From the NCBI GenBank assembly GCA_030704615.1, contig CM060733.1, forward strand, positions 19,902,001 through 19,966,000: a DNA stretch of 64,000 bases. Direction: 5' to 3'. The translations under genes and the position numbers were made by a program. This document shows, in pieces, positions 47,190 through 60,795 of this stretch. The notes below the pieces were generated by a model. That model had not been told where the DNA came from, did not search any database, and saw nothing but the letters and a program-made list of their open reading frames with translations. Source of the stretch: Takakia lepidozioides. Its lineage: Eukaryota; Plantae; Bryophyta. The stretch's first letter is position 1. Every line of letters starts with the position of its first letter.

Positions 47190-47758
47190 ATAGGCGGGAA
47201 AAATATCGTGAGATGTAGACAGAGTTGAACAAACATTTCCATCTAGGAATATGGAGCTGCTTGATATACAAGAACTTGCAGCCTGTCCTGGATTTTATGC
47301 TTCGGGGTCTTCCTCAGCCGACATTCGTTATGTCTCAAGAAGATTGTATCTCCTGTCCTACTTCTGTCCACCCTCAATTTATATCAGGATACGACCCACC
47401 GAGTCTATTCTTGAAACCATTGATGACGGTCTGGCAAAGATTTGGTGGTTAATACAACAGGAGTAACACTCCACTCATTGACGATTCTGCTATTAAGTGT
47501 GTGTTGAACCCGCCTGAATCCTGTCTGATTCTAAAATCATTTGAATCCGTTGACACGGACTCTTGCTATCTCCAGAAGGTTCTCCAGAAATATTTGCTTG
47601 AAATGAAGAAATTTCGCTCTGTTTCCAGTTATCTCAGGGAAAAGATTATAGGACTTAAGCCTTATCAGAATGTTTCCACCGATCCCAAGTTTAAGCCTCT
47701 CTTGGATTATATTGATGATTCTAATCACGGGAATCTCCGATATGATGCTTCAAAATAA
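47190..47758 (+). pseudogene. Decayed FCP1/NIF-like domain 2
   Basis: KHFHLGIWS, MSQEDC, LFLKPLMTVW, NTPLIDDSAIKCVLNPPES. Confidence 0.65.
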
Positions 47759-49379
47759 AGATTTTATTGATCAACCACGTCTATGATGCAATCTATATTT
47801 TTGTTTGGTTTTTCTCTAGGTTGTATTGTAATTCTATATTGACTGTTGTCAACTGTGATTTCCGTTTCAATGTAAATTGACATGGAATTGTTTGCTATCT
47901 CCTAGTCTCATCCATGCGTTTCTCCATCCTATACCACCCCGATCCTCTGGGATGCAGGCCTTCTCCGAAACTCGTCTCGGGGGTTTTTTCAAATCCGGCA
48001 ACCTCCACTGTGTAGTGAAGGTTATCCTGTGTCTGTACAATGACCATGTAAGTTCGATTGGGTAGGTTCATGGAGATGCTGCCGATGCCAACTTCTCGTC
48101 GGGACCTCCATTGGAATCCTCCATATTAGGAATTCGTCGACAGATTGACAACAGTCACAGTACTGTTGAGATTTCTGTCAATACGGTGAAACATCATCCA
48201 AACACTTGGCTTCCCTTCAAATGCACGACCCTCTTCTTCAGTCCATTCCTGAAAATGATGTTCCGTTGCAGGATTGTTTAGGATTGAATGTCGAAGGTGG
48301 AACAACCTGACAAATGTGTAGGGGATTTCATGGACCTCACTCTACAATCATCCTCACTCTCTCTTTTAAGTGTCAAGGGTCTGAAATCTACCTCGAGAAT
48401 GTCAGCCATTGATGATGCGGTTGAGACTGCGGCTCCGCAGCACACTGTTGTCTCTCTTCCCTCATTCTCTCCCCAGCACGAGGGTTGGACAACCCAAATC
48501 AGAAAGAGTCAGGTAAAATTACTTATATTTGAATTCTAACTTGTCATTTTGTTTTCCTTAGTACTGGATCTGATGTTCTTGTTTTACTCCAGGCCAGAAA
48601 ATCTGTGGATTATGACCATCCTGTCAAATGACGTCTTCATTGGAAATCTGTTCCGAGGTAATCCCTTCGTTACGTGTGAATTTCATTCAGGATTTGGAGT
48701 GCTCAAGGAAAAATTTCCATTCCGTTCCCCTTCTCCGCAACCCTTTGGACGAGGACAAAGACGAAACTTCAATTGCAACTTCTCGGCTTCCCGACCCTGC
48801 AGTTCTACACCGAGGAAGCGGAATAGGGCCCCCAAACCATTTCCATCTCTTCTACAAATCGGTTCCACCGGAGAGAAGTCTGTCTTCAGAGACAAAGCAG
48901 ACTCGAGGAAGAAAATGAATACCTCGGACATACCGGGGTCTCGTCAAAACACGTCCTTTGGGATCCTAAGTCCGCAAGCGAGACTTTCCAATAAGGCGAC
49001 ATCGATATTATTCGATATCATTTCTCCACTTTCTTCTCTTTTCTGTTCGTTTGGTTCTGCACGAATTAACTCCATCTTTTCTCAACAGGCGGGGATGCAG
49101 CACGATACCTTCATCAATTTCGCTCCGTACAGGGTACTTTCTTGAACCACCACTTGGCAGTCGACGTTCCTCTTCTTAGCAATATTAACCCTCATCTTGA
49201 AACATTCGAAGCCCACAACATGTACAAGATTTTGCCTCTTTTTGCACAATCGTGTTGATCTTCCATACACTCAATCATTCTGGGTCATGGGTATTTTCAT
49301 GGAAGAAACACTAATGTCAGTGTGTGATTAAATTCCTCATGATAACTTTGTCTCTCATCCTAAGTTACATGCAACAGCG

Positions 49380-50003
49380 GGGAAAAGGAAACGGATGTTG
49401 TTAATTTTGAGTGTCAACGGACTCCTCTGCTACCGGCCACCCCCAACTGACGGTGAACTGTTTAAGGAGAAATTTCGTTTCAGGAATGTGTGACTTCAAG
49501 TTCCTGACAGACCGTTTGTGGTGCCTCGGCCTGGAGTTTTGGAGTTTTCAGACCTTGCATTGAAGCATTTTCAAGTGGCCATTTGATCATGCGCTGATAG
49601 AGGTGTTCTTTGTAGGATGTTGGAGAGCTTCGTCCCCACGAAAATAACGAAGAAGTTTTGCTTCATATGGTCTGCAGAGGATTGCAAGGATACCACCGGT
49701 TATATCAGGCCTGGGATGAAATATCTCGTGAAGGATATTCGAAGTGTTATTGCCAAGTACCCTGGTAGACCGTTTGCTACGCAGGGGAAAATACTTCTTG
49801 TAGATGATGAGCCATCAAATGGCCTTCGAAACCCACAAAATACTGGATTCTTCCTTTTTTCATTCAAGCCTTCACCAAACGGCTTGCGTGGCCGGGATGA
49901 TATGACAAATGCAGTGTGGCCATATGAGATGGCTGGAGCTTCAACAGTCGTTGATTACATTAGCGAGAACCAGACAAAGTATTTTCATAAGCCTATTGGT
50001 TGA
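49380..50003 (+). pseudogene. Decayed FCP1/NIF-like domain 3
   Basis: LLILSVNGLL, VVPRPGVLEF..KHFQVAI*S, FIWSAEDC, LVKDI, ILLVDDEPSNGLRNP. Confidence 0.65.
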
Positions 50004-51834
50004 GACCATGTCTGCTGGGCTTGGTATGGAAGATATCTTGATCCTCGTGTTTGGATCCCACAACAAAAGGAACCTGATTACCTTGGTAGGCACGTGGATC
50101 CCACTGTTCTGTTGTTTGTTCAGAATTTGATGTCCAATTCTTTTGCATTTGCATTTGTACTCTTACCTCAACAAATCCATATGCAAAACCTCCACTTTGG
50201 GCCTAACATTTGTTATTTCAACCGCGTGTCCCCAATTACATTCAAGGAACGAATTCTAAAAGATGAACAAGAGCTGCGTGATTGGGAAGAATGGCGGGCG
50301 TGCCGGGAGGCTTCAAAGGCATCAAGTAGAGTTGGGAGTAACATTTCAGATGACAATGTCAGCTGGTTTCACCTTCCTGATAGTATCTCCGTTTTCTCTG
50401 GTGCGGAGACCGTTGCAAGTGGCTGTGGTAACTGGAGGCGTCTTCGGACACATGCCTTGACTGCGAGCCGTTTGGGAGGAGGCTCAGTATTATTAATGAG
50501 TTAGTATAAGCCGTAACGGTTCTATGGCTTCAAAATCTATGGCTAGTATGACATTAAGTCCATGAACGGATGGCCAGTTGACGTTCATTTTTCTGTTGGT
50601 CCATCGCCTTGAAAGATATAATCTCAAATAAAATATGAATGTTTCATATCATCAATCAGTTCCCACAAACTCGTTTTCCCATGTTATCCTCTTCATCACA
50701 TGCCGTCATTGTTTCATATTTGGTTTTGCCATTGTTCCATGTTTGTTTGTGTATGTCATTTTGGATATCGGAGCTCTCATCATTGTTTGATTCATTGCAT
50801 CCTCCCATTCCTTTTAATGAACGTCAACTTGGTAGTGGATGTTATTCTAAGACCACAATACATACTTGTATTTCTGCATAGAATGTGTGGATGATTATAT
50901 AATTCGTTGTTATATAGTGCACAAATAGCCAAATAATTATAGATATATCTCTTTATTTCTATTATAGATTATATTTATTTATATATCTTATATTATTTCT
51001 GGACCAAACAAAAGTCCAGAATTAGTTAAAATAGTGTTAGGTTCTTGATTACTAGTTATTCACTATTTGCTATGTAGAGTTTGTGTCATGTATGTCTCCT
51101 TTTTAGTGAACTTGCAACCACTACAATTAACACCTACGAGGTATTCTTTACTTCCATCTTGTTGTTCGCTGATTTCAAGTTGGGGCAAGGAAAATTGTGA
51201 GCTTTGTTTTGCGAGCAGGTCAAATTCTTACCCTCGAGTTCTCCTATATTTTGGGAATCTGCCAAGTCCAGAAAATTTAGACCGCTTTTAATGAGCTCTA
51301 GGAGAGGAAAACTTCAATTTTTGTGACCGATGTCCTTTATGGTTGGGAAGAGAGTTCCTTTATAAGACAATTACTTATGTGGAAAACAATAAGGAATAAT
51401 GTAAGAACTGAATACAAGTCAGGTGTGGGTCTCCAGCAGGGTGGACTCCTACTACAGGGGCTCCCCATCAACTCATCCCCACCCCCTTTTCACATTATTA
51501 AAGATTTTAGAATGCTAATGGTTGTTGTGTGGCGGCGAGTACTCTCTCATTAGGCCATATTGGTAGCTAACTTTCGATTCTTGTTGGATTGTTATGTCAT
51601 CTCAACTTGTCTCACTTCAGTCCATGGCACCCCGCTCCGTGTCCCTCCGCTCTCTTTGCGATTTTGTCAAATTTTGTGACACTAGTGTCACTCCAGCAAT
51701 GTCACCCCATCCTATCTCACTCTAGTGTTGGTGTCACTCCAATCTGTCACTCTTGAGAGTGGGTGAGGATGATTTTACAGGAATAAAAACTGCCTATCGG
51801 CTATCTGAGCTTGCACGCTTGCATTAAGTTCATA

Positions 51835-52033
51835 CCGTAGTACCTTGGCAAGTTCGACACAAATTTTAATATTTGAAAGACTGTTGAAAATTCTGGAAAT
51901 TAGTTTTATGAAATTAAATAATTTCGTGAATGATAATAGAGTATCTTTGGGAATATTGTATATTTCGAAATGGAATTCTTAAAATAAAATAAATATTCTA
52001 CAGAAGAGTGTTGAACTTGCCAAGGTACTAGGG
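51835..52033. mobile_element. ~200-bp MITE (Tc1/mariner-type, TA TSD)
   Basis: 26-bp TIRs CCGTAGTACCTTGGCAAGTTCGACAC / GTGTTGAACTTGCCAAGGTACTAGGG (2 mismatches), TA on both sides, AT-rich interior. Confidence 0.85.
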
Positions 52034-52507
52034 TACATCATTTGCCATAACCACACATAATCAAAGAGTTTGGCAGCTACCAAAACTTCTTTTATGATGA
52101 CATCCTACGTCTAGATGGTTCAACCTGAAGCTGCCTCATGGAAAACAACCCAATGATGGAAATCCTGGATAGGGTCAAATTCTATGAAATGCATAAGACA
52201 CAGTATGGCCAAATGCCGTGCGGGGTTCAATGCACATGTGGGTGCACATGACACGGAAGCAAACCATGTCACCCTCAATACCCAGCACCACACTGACCAA
52301 ATCCTGCATCCTTTTTAGTCTGAAAATCGGATGTCAACATGTCAGACTTGCTCCCACAAAACAAGCAACCAACCAACCAACTGTTCTCTAGCATCTGTAT
52401 ACTAATTTGTATTGGCAGCCAAATTGCAAAAGCGATCGAGTACGGAGATTAGGGTTAACAACAAAGACGGGCACTGAAGCAGCCGTCCAGACCCTGCCCG
52501 CACACTT

Positions 52508-52724
52508 CACGTGGCAGCGCGCTCCGCCACGTGGACTGAATCGTGGCAGCCGCAGCGCCCATGTCAGCGACTCTGCGTAACAGCAATTGCAACGTCGCGG
52601 CTGCGACCTGCGATAACCGGTTACCATATTTCACACTTGCCCATATTACGGAGGCCCACATATGTGAACCGGCTGTCACCAGTCGGGGAGTGACACACAG
52701 CTGGCGCTGCTGGAGGGTATATAA
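52508..52724 (+). promoter_or_regulatory. ABA-responsive promoter of the Em gene: two G-box/ABRE motifs and a TATA box
   Basis: CACGTGGC at 52508-52515, CACGTG at 52528-52533 and TATATAA at 52718-52724. The region is partly conserved in the paralog at ~62700-62876. Confidence 0.75.
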
Positions 52725-53248
52725 CGGCTAGAGCCGCCATCAACTTCAGCACACGACACTCTTCCTGTACTAAGTGCTTTCTGTCTGAAGATAGTGTATA
52801 TCAGCGTTATACAAGTGCTGGCCTGATCGAGTTTGGTTGTAAAGTGAGGTGAGTGCGTGTTTCAGACTGCATTGTCGTTGACTACTTGAGAGCTCTCAGA
52901 GTGTCTGGATTGTCTCGGCTACGACCTAATGTACTTCAGTGTCAGCACGTTTAACGAGCTGTACCAGTTGAAAGTGGTTGGGTAGATTGTATGAGGTACT
53001 TGAGAGTGAGGGTGAATTGGAAGAAAGTTTGGCGGTATTCGATTTGTAATCTATGAGATTCGGTGATCTTGTAGCTGCCGGATACTTCTCGCTGCTGTGG
53101 TCGAAGGTTAAAACCTGAGTTACCCTCTGGCGATCACCCGCGCGCGGGTGTCACCATATTATATGATTTCGTTCTCTATCGACTTGGTTGGACATTAAAT
53201 CTCCAGTGCATACTGTGCGCAGGGAAAGAGAAGCTAAGCGGAAAGACA

Positions 53249-53799
53249 ATGTCGTCTAAGGCGGAGAGGAGCGAGCTCGATGCCAGGGCTCACGCCGGCG
53301 AAACTGTGGTGGAGGGAGGTACCGGTGGTTTGAGTGTCGACGCCCAGGAGCGCTTGGCTGAGGGTATAAGCATTTCGTATAGATATATATATATATATAT
53401 AATTCCATGCAATTGTTTAACTACAATTCGGAACGGTTACTGGCCGCCGCTTGAAAAAATGTGATCGGGGAAGTAAAGACAATTAGTTGATTCTATGATT
53501 TTCATTCGTGAGCAGGATTCGCACTGTACTAGTATTGCACATGCCATCTTATTTAAAGTGACTAGTGAACAGTATTGTCCGAAGTAGAATGTTTACGCAC
53601 AATTTGCTGGATATTGAGTCGCTGCGTATGCGCAGGTCGTAGCAAGGGAGGAAAGATTCGATCTGAGCAGCTGGGGAAGGAAGGTTATCAGGAAATGGGT
53701 CGTAAGGGTGGGCTTGCAACGAATGAGCAGTCTGGAGGGGAAGTTGCCGCAGAGAAAGGAATTGATATCGATGAATCGAAATTCAAGAACAATATGTGA
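53249..53799 (+). CDS. Em-like group-1 LEA (small hydrophilic seed protein); exons 53249-53363 and 53636-53799
   Basis: [39 protein letters not shown]|[26 protein letters not shown]...GIDIDESKF, with a phase-1 GT-AG intron. Confidence 0.95.
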
Positions 53800-56037
53800 A
53801 GCTGGCATTATGCCATTGCTGCCAGTGGTCACAAATTCCTATGGATAGTTCGACCTATGGTTGGATTTGTACATAGATGCAAATAACCCATCATAAAAAA
53901 TAGTTGATCTAAAATCGTGCAAGAGCTGTTCTCTGCAGTAGAGAGTTTGCTAAATGCATAGCCTAGTCGTTTGGACATGTTATTGCTCATACACTAAACT
54001 GATTCTGTGCAAATTTTTGGATTTCGTAGTACTGAAAAGTACTACACTTTTGTTAGTTTAAAACTCCCTTCTGTAATTCAAACTTCATGGGCTGCCTTTG
54101 CCTAGTGTATCAGAATTTAAACTACGATTAGCTGTGTGCTTAAAGACATTTATTTCTGTGTATGGTGAACAGTAGAAATTAGTACAAATATCATACCAAA
54201 GCTCATACAACCCCCCCATCACTGAAAAAAATAAAATATGAGTATTGTACTCATACAACCCAAAATACATTTACTCAAACCAGATTCATACCCAAATTCC
54301 TCATACCTGTATATATACCTATGCCAGGTTGGACCCTTCATACCCGGACCGGTATTAAAAAATGGACATGCAAGTTCAACACTGGTTCAGTGGGTGGAAA
54401 AAATAACCAGCAGGGGGCCGTGAAGGCGAAAGCACAAGGGATACTTCCCTAGCCGGAGAAAGGAGAAAAAAGGGAAAGGCCGAGGGAGAAAGAGCACTTA
54501 CTTGCACCTTCACTTCAGTTAAACGCGCAAAGAAGCTCTTATTCGATTCTTTATTGGTCGAAACAACAACCTTGCGAGACATCAGAGCTTGCTGCCATGA
54601 TACAACGACCTGATGATGGTGAGTTCTCGTATCGATGTGAACAATCTAGCTCGTGATCAAAGAACGAACGGGTATGATTTGAATGATGATTCAGCGGTCA
54701 AAAACTAAAGTCTGTCTATCCCCCTTTAGCAAATAAGACATGCCCTTTCTTTGGATTATCTAGAAGCTGGGAGATTAGATATTTACGTGATTGAGGATAA
54801 AGAACCTTGTAATTAACAGGTTTGAATTCCTTAAATTACTTGTCAAAACTGATATCGGCCTGTTTCTATCTCTCCCACACACAGAATTAAGACTCGAGAT
54901 CAGTGTGAAGCCCACACCAACCCTTCTTCATCTTTCAACGAAGTGTACCCAAGATCTATATCTTAGGAAGCACTCTCAGCTCTAGCTATTGCGCACCTAC
55001 AGAGTCATGTCATTTCTAATTTTTTATCTGGCTAGAGGCTGGTCTTGGGCCCCCTTGCCTCCTATGAGCCACTGTGGACTCCCCTGCGGCGGACCCAGGC
55101 GAGCCAGGTCGGAAGCCTGCCACCCTCCATGACCCCTACTCCATACGTGGGCCCTTCTTCTAACGAGGCGTTGGAAATGACCGACATACGTAAAAAAAAC
55201 TTGTGATTGTTGTCCTAGTATATATACTCATATAAGGATACCCGTAGAGAAATGATATGGGAATACAAGGCATTGAACCCAAGATCAGAAGACTGGTTGC
55301 CACGGCAATAATGGGCAAGTCCTGTTTGCCTTGGAGTGTTGAGCTCGTGTTAAATCGTTGCATGTTGCATGTCGAGCAACTGGTCGAGCGCGATCTCGGA
55401 AAGTTCGTGTGTTGCTTCGAGGTCCTTGCCTAATGCCTTTCCGCTTTCCGTGCAAAAAATCTGCTCATGTGGCTCCACGGAAGGGAGAGGAATGTGTGCC
55501 ACTAAGTTAAGTCTCCCTATAGATTTCCAGAACTGGAACCACGTGTTCCTTCCAATGCTGGGGAAGTCTGCGTCAAAAATGCCCGGAAAAATACAAAGAA
55601 CAGGAATTCCTGTAACCGATCTCCCGGGGTTACAACTTACAACCTCAATTTCTTTTCCTTTTCGGGAAAGGATTTTTCTTATCTCATCTAATCGTAGCCG
55701 TCGATTAGCCCCGGAGCCATGTACATCAGCCGTGCACAAAAAATTCCCGCTCCCTGCACTGAGGAAGTTCGCAATCTTGGTATTCGAGTCCTACGATCGG
55801 GCTACTCCCCTCACACCACTCCTACTCAGCTCTAGAGAGTCGCATCCGAGAAAGTTTCGTGTGTTGCTTCGAATGGCGGGGTCTGCGTATAAATGTGAGG
55901 CAGAGGGGCAGGCAGAAGGATATTGAGGTCGGAGTGGAAGGTAGCTAAGCCCCCAGGAAGGGTGTTCTCACTTTCTGGATCGGCATAACGCAGTTCAAAG
56001 AATAGAGCCAGCATCTGCAAGCAAACTTGGATCTCCG

Positions 56038-58019
56038 ATGAACTTGAGTGGGGTGGTAGAAAATATGAAAACACCAGGCCTGCTGCAAGAAATCGCTCGG
56101 TGGGCTCAGGAACAACGTGGGCTACCTCTATCGATATGCGTCCTTGTCACCATTGCAGTGTACGGTTATCTCTACATAAGAAAACCTACTCGCTTGCCTC
56201 CAGGGCCACGCCCATGGCCTGTCTTGGGCAACCTACCCATGTTGGGTGAACTTCCGCACCAGGCATTGGCACGCCTGGCCGAGAAATATGGTCCTCTGAT
56301 GTACCTGCGCCTTGGATCTTTTGATACTGTTGTAGTGTCGAATGCAGAGATGGCGAAACAGTTTCTCCGGACCCATGATGAAGCGTTTGCCTATCGTCCA
56401 AAGTCTTTGGCTTCGACTATATTTTCTTTAAATGGCAAAAGCATTGGGAATTCTTCAGGTCCTTATTGGCGTCATTTACGCAAAATCTCCCTGGTTGAGC
56501 TCTTCAGTCAGAAACGCCTGGAATCGTTAAGATCTGCAAGGACAGAGGAGGTAAATGCCATATTGAAGGCCATCCTTGACGAGTCACAGAAGGAAAAGGT
56601 GGTAGACCTCAACCTTAAGCTGTCGTCGCTGGCTACTAACATCACGACTCGCATGCTGATCAACAAAAGGTATGAGCTAAGCCGTTTGATTTTTTATTGA
56701 ATGGAGATTATCAGAACATATAACGTTCTTTGTTGTACATGTTGTGACATCCATGGAAACCTGGTACGTATAAGCTATCATAGACTTGCAACTTAGGCAA
56801 CTTGAATAAGACTGTATCCTTCAGGACTGTCATCGACACTTAGAATTCAATTGCCATCTTCGCCTATCTCAGGTACTGCGGAGTTGATGCGGAAAGTCAG
56901 TCTGCAGAAGCGCAACAGTTTAAAGAACTTATCGACAAACAGTTTCACTTTAGTGGGATGTTCCTATTTGGTGACTACGTCCCGTATTTATCGTGGGTGT
57001 CAAAGCTGCAAGGTATCGAGGCGCGTATGAGGGAGACGCAGGTCGCACTGTGCAGTATTCTTCGGCAGTGGATTGACGAGCACAGAAAGGCTGTATCAGT
57101 GCAAAAAGGGAATAGAGATACACCAAAAGACTTTGTTGATGTGATGCTCAACATGCCTACAGAAGATGGAACTGGTCAGCTCTCCGATGAAACCATAGAA
57201 GCTGTGACCCTGGTAAGTTTTCATGCTAAATTGCTAACATTTGGTCACTTGAGCTATCATAATCGACAGCTCGGAATAAGTTTCACATAATAGTGAAGTT
57301 CGATGTTAAATGCAAGATTCCTAAACATGTGGCTTCCGGTTTCGAGCTAGGTTTGAGGTCAAAATTCTTGTGTTCACGTGATGCAGGGCATGTTGGCTGC
57401 TGGAACAGACACATCGTCGGTCACAGCAGAATGGGCAATGGCCGAGCTCTTACACAACCCTCATATGATGAAACGCGTACAAGCTGAACTAGATGCTGTT
57501 GTTGGAACCACTCGGCTTGTCCAGGAATCAGACCTCCCAAACCTCAAGTACCTACAAGCTGTAATAAAAGAGAACTTCCGCCTTCACCCCCCGGGTCCAT
57601 TCCTGCTTCCCCATGTGTCTCGTGAGCAATGTGAAGTTGCTGGTTATATTCTGCCAGCCAACACCCGTCTCATCGTGAGTATATGGGCAATAGGCCGGGA
57701 TCCTCTTACCTGGGAGAAACCTCTTGAGTTTAATCCAGAAAGATTCGTGGAGCATCCTGAGATTGATGTTAAAGGCCAGCACTTCGAGCTTTTGCCTTTT
57801 GGAACCGGGAGAAGGGGATGCCCGGGAACACAGCTGGCACTTATCATGGTTCCGTTAATGCTTGCTCGCCTTCTTCAGAGCTTTGACTGGTCTCTTCCAA
57901 ATGGGCAGGACCCCACCACTTTGGACATGTCAGAGCACTATGGACTGGTACTTCCCAGAGCAAAACCATTGCGGGATCTTGTGGCACGCCAAAGGTTGCC
58001 TGCCCATTTGTATGAGTGA
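56038..58019 (+). CDS. Cytochrome P450, CYP71 clan (A-type); exons 56038-56669, 56873-57212 and 57387-58019
   Basis: TM anchor, LPPGPRPWPVLGNL, WRHLRK, AGTDT, KENFR, PERF and PFGTGRRGCPG. Splice phases are compatible. The start could be 56065. Confidence 0.95.
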
Positions 58020-59490
58020 AGTCTTGTTGTTGCCAGCGAAACCTGCAGGATGACTTGCAGTTAGTTCAATATACTCAACCATATGATTGTGCTTGAACTT
58101 CTGCAGCAGTTTGTTTACAGATATTTCCGAGATCTTTTCCGAGAGAGTCCCTGTTGATATACGGTATTCAACATTTTTTATACCAATAACCCTTCTATGC
58201 GAATGTGAACAGTCAACTCGGAGACCAAGAGACGACTGAGGGTGGTCTGGAAAAATATATGTCTGGGGAGAGATCTTCTCCATAGACGAGAGCAGAGAGA
58301 GAGGCACAGACTGAGAGTCAGAGAGATGGAGAACCATATGTCCGCTGAGACAGCATGATCTGTGATAACGCCCAGTCCACAAATTATTTGCTTTTAATAG
58401 CCATTGAGTGTGACCTTGAATTAGTCAGACAATTGAAATAAAGTTCGTGAACAGAAGAGTGGAATGTTATATTATCATTATTTTTAAATAGAAAAGGGGG
58501 AAGAGCCCTGTAACTGATATTGGATAAGAGAACCAAGCCAGAATGGGCAAGCTAAAAACCAACTACCAAGATCTCTGAAGAATCGGAAGCTGTGATCTGG
58601 GAGCAATGAAAAAATATTAGCTGAGAACACTAGAACTGTGTGTTTAGATCACTTGTACATTCTTCACATCAAAGCCCCTGTTTTGGGGGAATCTATCAAG
58701 TTGCAGTATGTCTCAGACAGAGATCACCTTCCCACCCAACAAATTGGTCACGACGAAGTCAAGCTGAAGTGAAGGGGTTAAGCTTGTTATTGCTTGCCCT
58801 AAGGTACTACTGAATAACAGGGCTTGAAAAATCCCCTGTCTGCGCTCCATGACCACCATAACGTTAATCTGTAGTGTGTAATATCTGTAATCTGTAATAT
58901 ACGTTTCTTATTAAAGAGGCCGAGTGAAAAGATACTCATGATCACCAATGCCACTGTAACCCAAGATTGAAAATTAACAAATCATTTCGAAGTAGGACTG
59001 AAAGCAGAGCTGGTTGTAGATGCTCTTTCACGAGTTACTATGAAAAAGCTAGCTTTCCCATAATTAATAACGAACGAGATTGTGCCCTGAGCTGGTCATA
59101 CACCTTGCAGAGGGGGGAGAAGTGCGAGGTCCAGAGGCAGCAGGTGGGTGACCTCCTTAGATTGCCTTATTGCAGGCAATCACCAATTAGAAAGAAACCT
59201 CTTCTCAGATGACAGAAAATTGTCGATGCGTCTGCAGTATTTTGGTCTCCAGCACCCTTGATGGGATGGGCCAGTCTTCCAGTTGGGAGATTTTTCAAAG
59301 GCTCCTATTCCCCAACATGGACTTCATTTTGTTATAGAGGCTAGCACAGGGGAGAGAGCCCCAGCCGAAAGCAGCACAGGGGATATTGTTTCATGGATAT
59401 TATGGTCAGTATAATTTTGATCTCATCTCTCTTGATTTGGTTGTGCATAAGCTATAACTTCCAAGAGATTGCCGAGTGATTAGGGAAGAA

Positions 59491-59662
59491 GGTTACACGC
59501 AATGTGTGTCACCTCATGGGTTACATGCAATGGGGTTACACAGAATCAGGATTTCACACAACTAGTGTATAGGGGTTACACCTTATCGGGTTACACTCAT
59601 GGAATGACACAGACAATGGGTTACACGCAATGAATGTCACAGGGTTACGCAGAATTAGGATT
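59491..59662. repeat. Short GGTTACAC(GCAATG) repeat cluster (~7 copies)
   Basis: Direct reading. Confidence 0.7.
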
Positions 59663-60795
59663 TTAGTCGACTACGTGCCTAGACATGCATAGGGCTGCTT
59701 CTGATGACCAGTCCTTCATCCTCTCTCATCAGAACCCTCACTGCCCTCTCAATTTCTGCCTTCTCATACAATCCACTCTCTCCCTGTTGCATCTCCATTC
59801 CCAGTTTTGCTGTATCCACAAGAAATCTGTAGCACAGGAAAGTGCATCATCAAACCAGTCAATTAGGACTTTCAATGCAGCGCTGGGTTTCATAATTGAC
59901 GAAGGTCTACTCTCTTCACACCGTTAATTCTCCCCTCTGGGAAATAGTATTTACTCGGATGACATGAGTAGTTGATAAAAGTTTGTTAAATAGCAAATAC
60001 TCCAGCCAAGGTTCATTCCCCAATCATGTACAACACATCCCACCTACAGTAGCCCAGCAGCAAGTGGGCATGACTCTATCCCTCCCTTATTTCCCGTAGG
60101 GAAGAAAACCTCTCGAGTAAATCTGGTGTTGATTTCTGCTCACCCAAACCAATTTGAGTTCAGAATAAGTCTACAGTATGCTTGTACGAATTTGCTAGTA
60201 CATAACAAAGGCCAAGATAACCAACCATGCTTTCCATTTGGACCATGTCAACAAAAGGGGCACCCACAAGTTCAATCCCTTGCTTTCGTTGGGTTGACCA
60301 AAATCTTAGGGAGGTCAAGTTTTTTACTCTTGATCCACACAATGTCGGGGAATTCTGGATTACCTGTTTTCAACCGGTCCCAATATGTATGTGGCTTGAT
60401 TTTATTGCAAGCTAAGAAACACCTGCCACATAAATCCTGGCTAACTAATCTGCCATGCACCAGTAGACTATTATATCCATCAAACCAACACTTTCACTTC
60501 ATGGTTGATAGTCACCCTGTGTCGATGCAGACTAAACTAGTCATTACTGGCATCCTCAAAAGCAGCAGGAACTATTGTCATCCTTCCCCAAGAGGAGCAC
60601 TCTCAATGTGTATACAATGACCAAGGGATTGTCCCACTCGGTACAGCAATGGGAGCATTCCTTCCTACTATAACCGGTACTTGAAGCTTCTATGATATGC
60701 TAACATATGAAAGTTGATCTGTCCCTGTTTGTGACTGATAAGTTTGTCAGAAGTAAAATCCTAAATCATTGTCCAGGATTACGGCCCATTCTGAC

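Noticed and set aside
55350-55926. ORFs of 185 aa (+) and 129 aa (-) upstream of the P450
   Set aside because: No recognisable domain; the region overlaps the probable P450 promoter (TATAAA at ~55888).
58900-59420. Possible LINE 3'-end remnant
   Set aside because: Too decayed; no continuous motif could be reconstructed.
60180-60460. SWIM-like CGCPFC..G..KH on the minus strand (possible MULE relic)
   Set aside because: A single interrupted motif is insufficient support.
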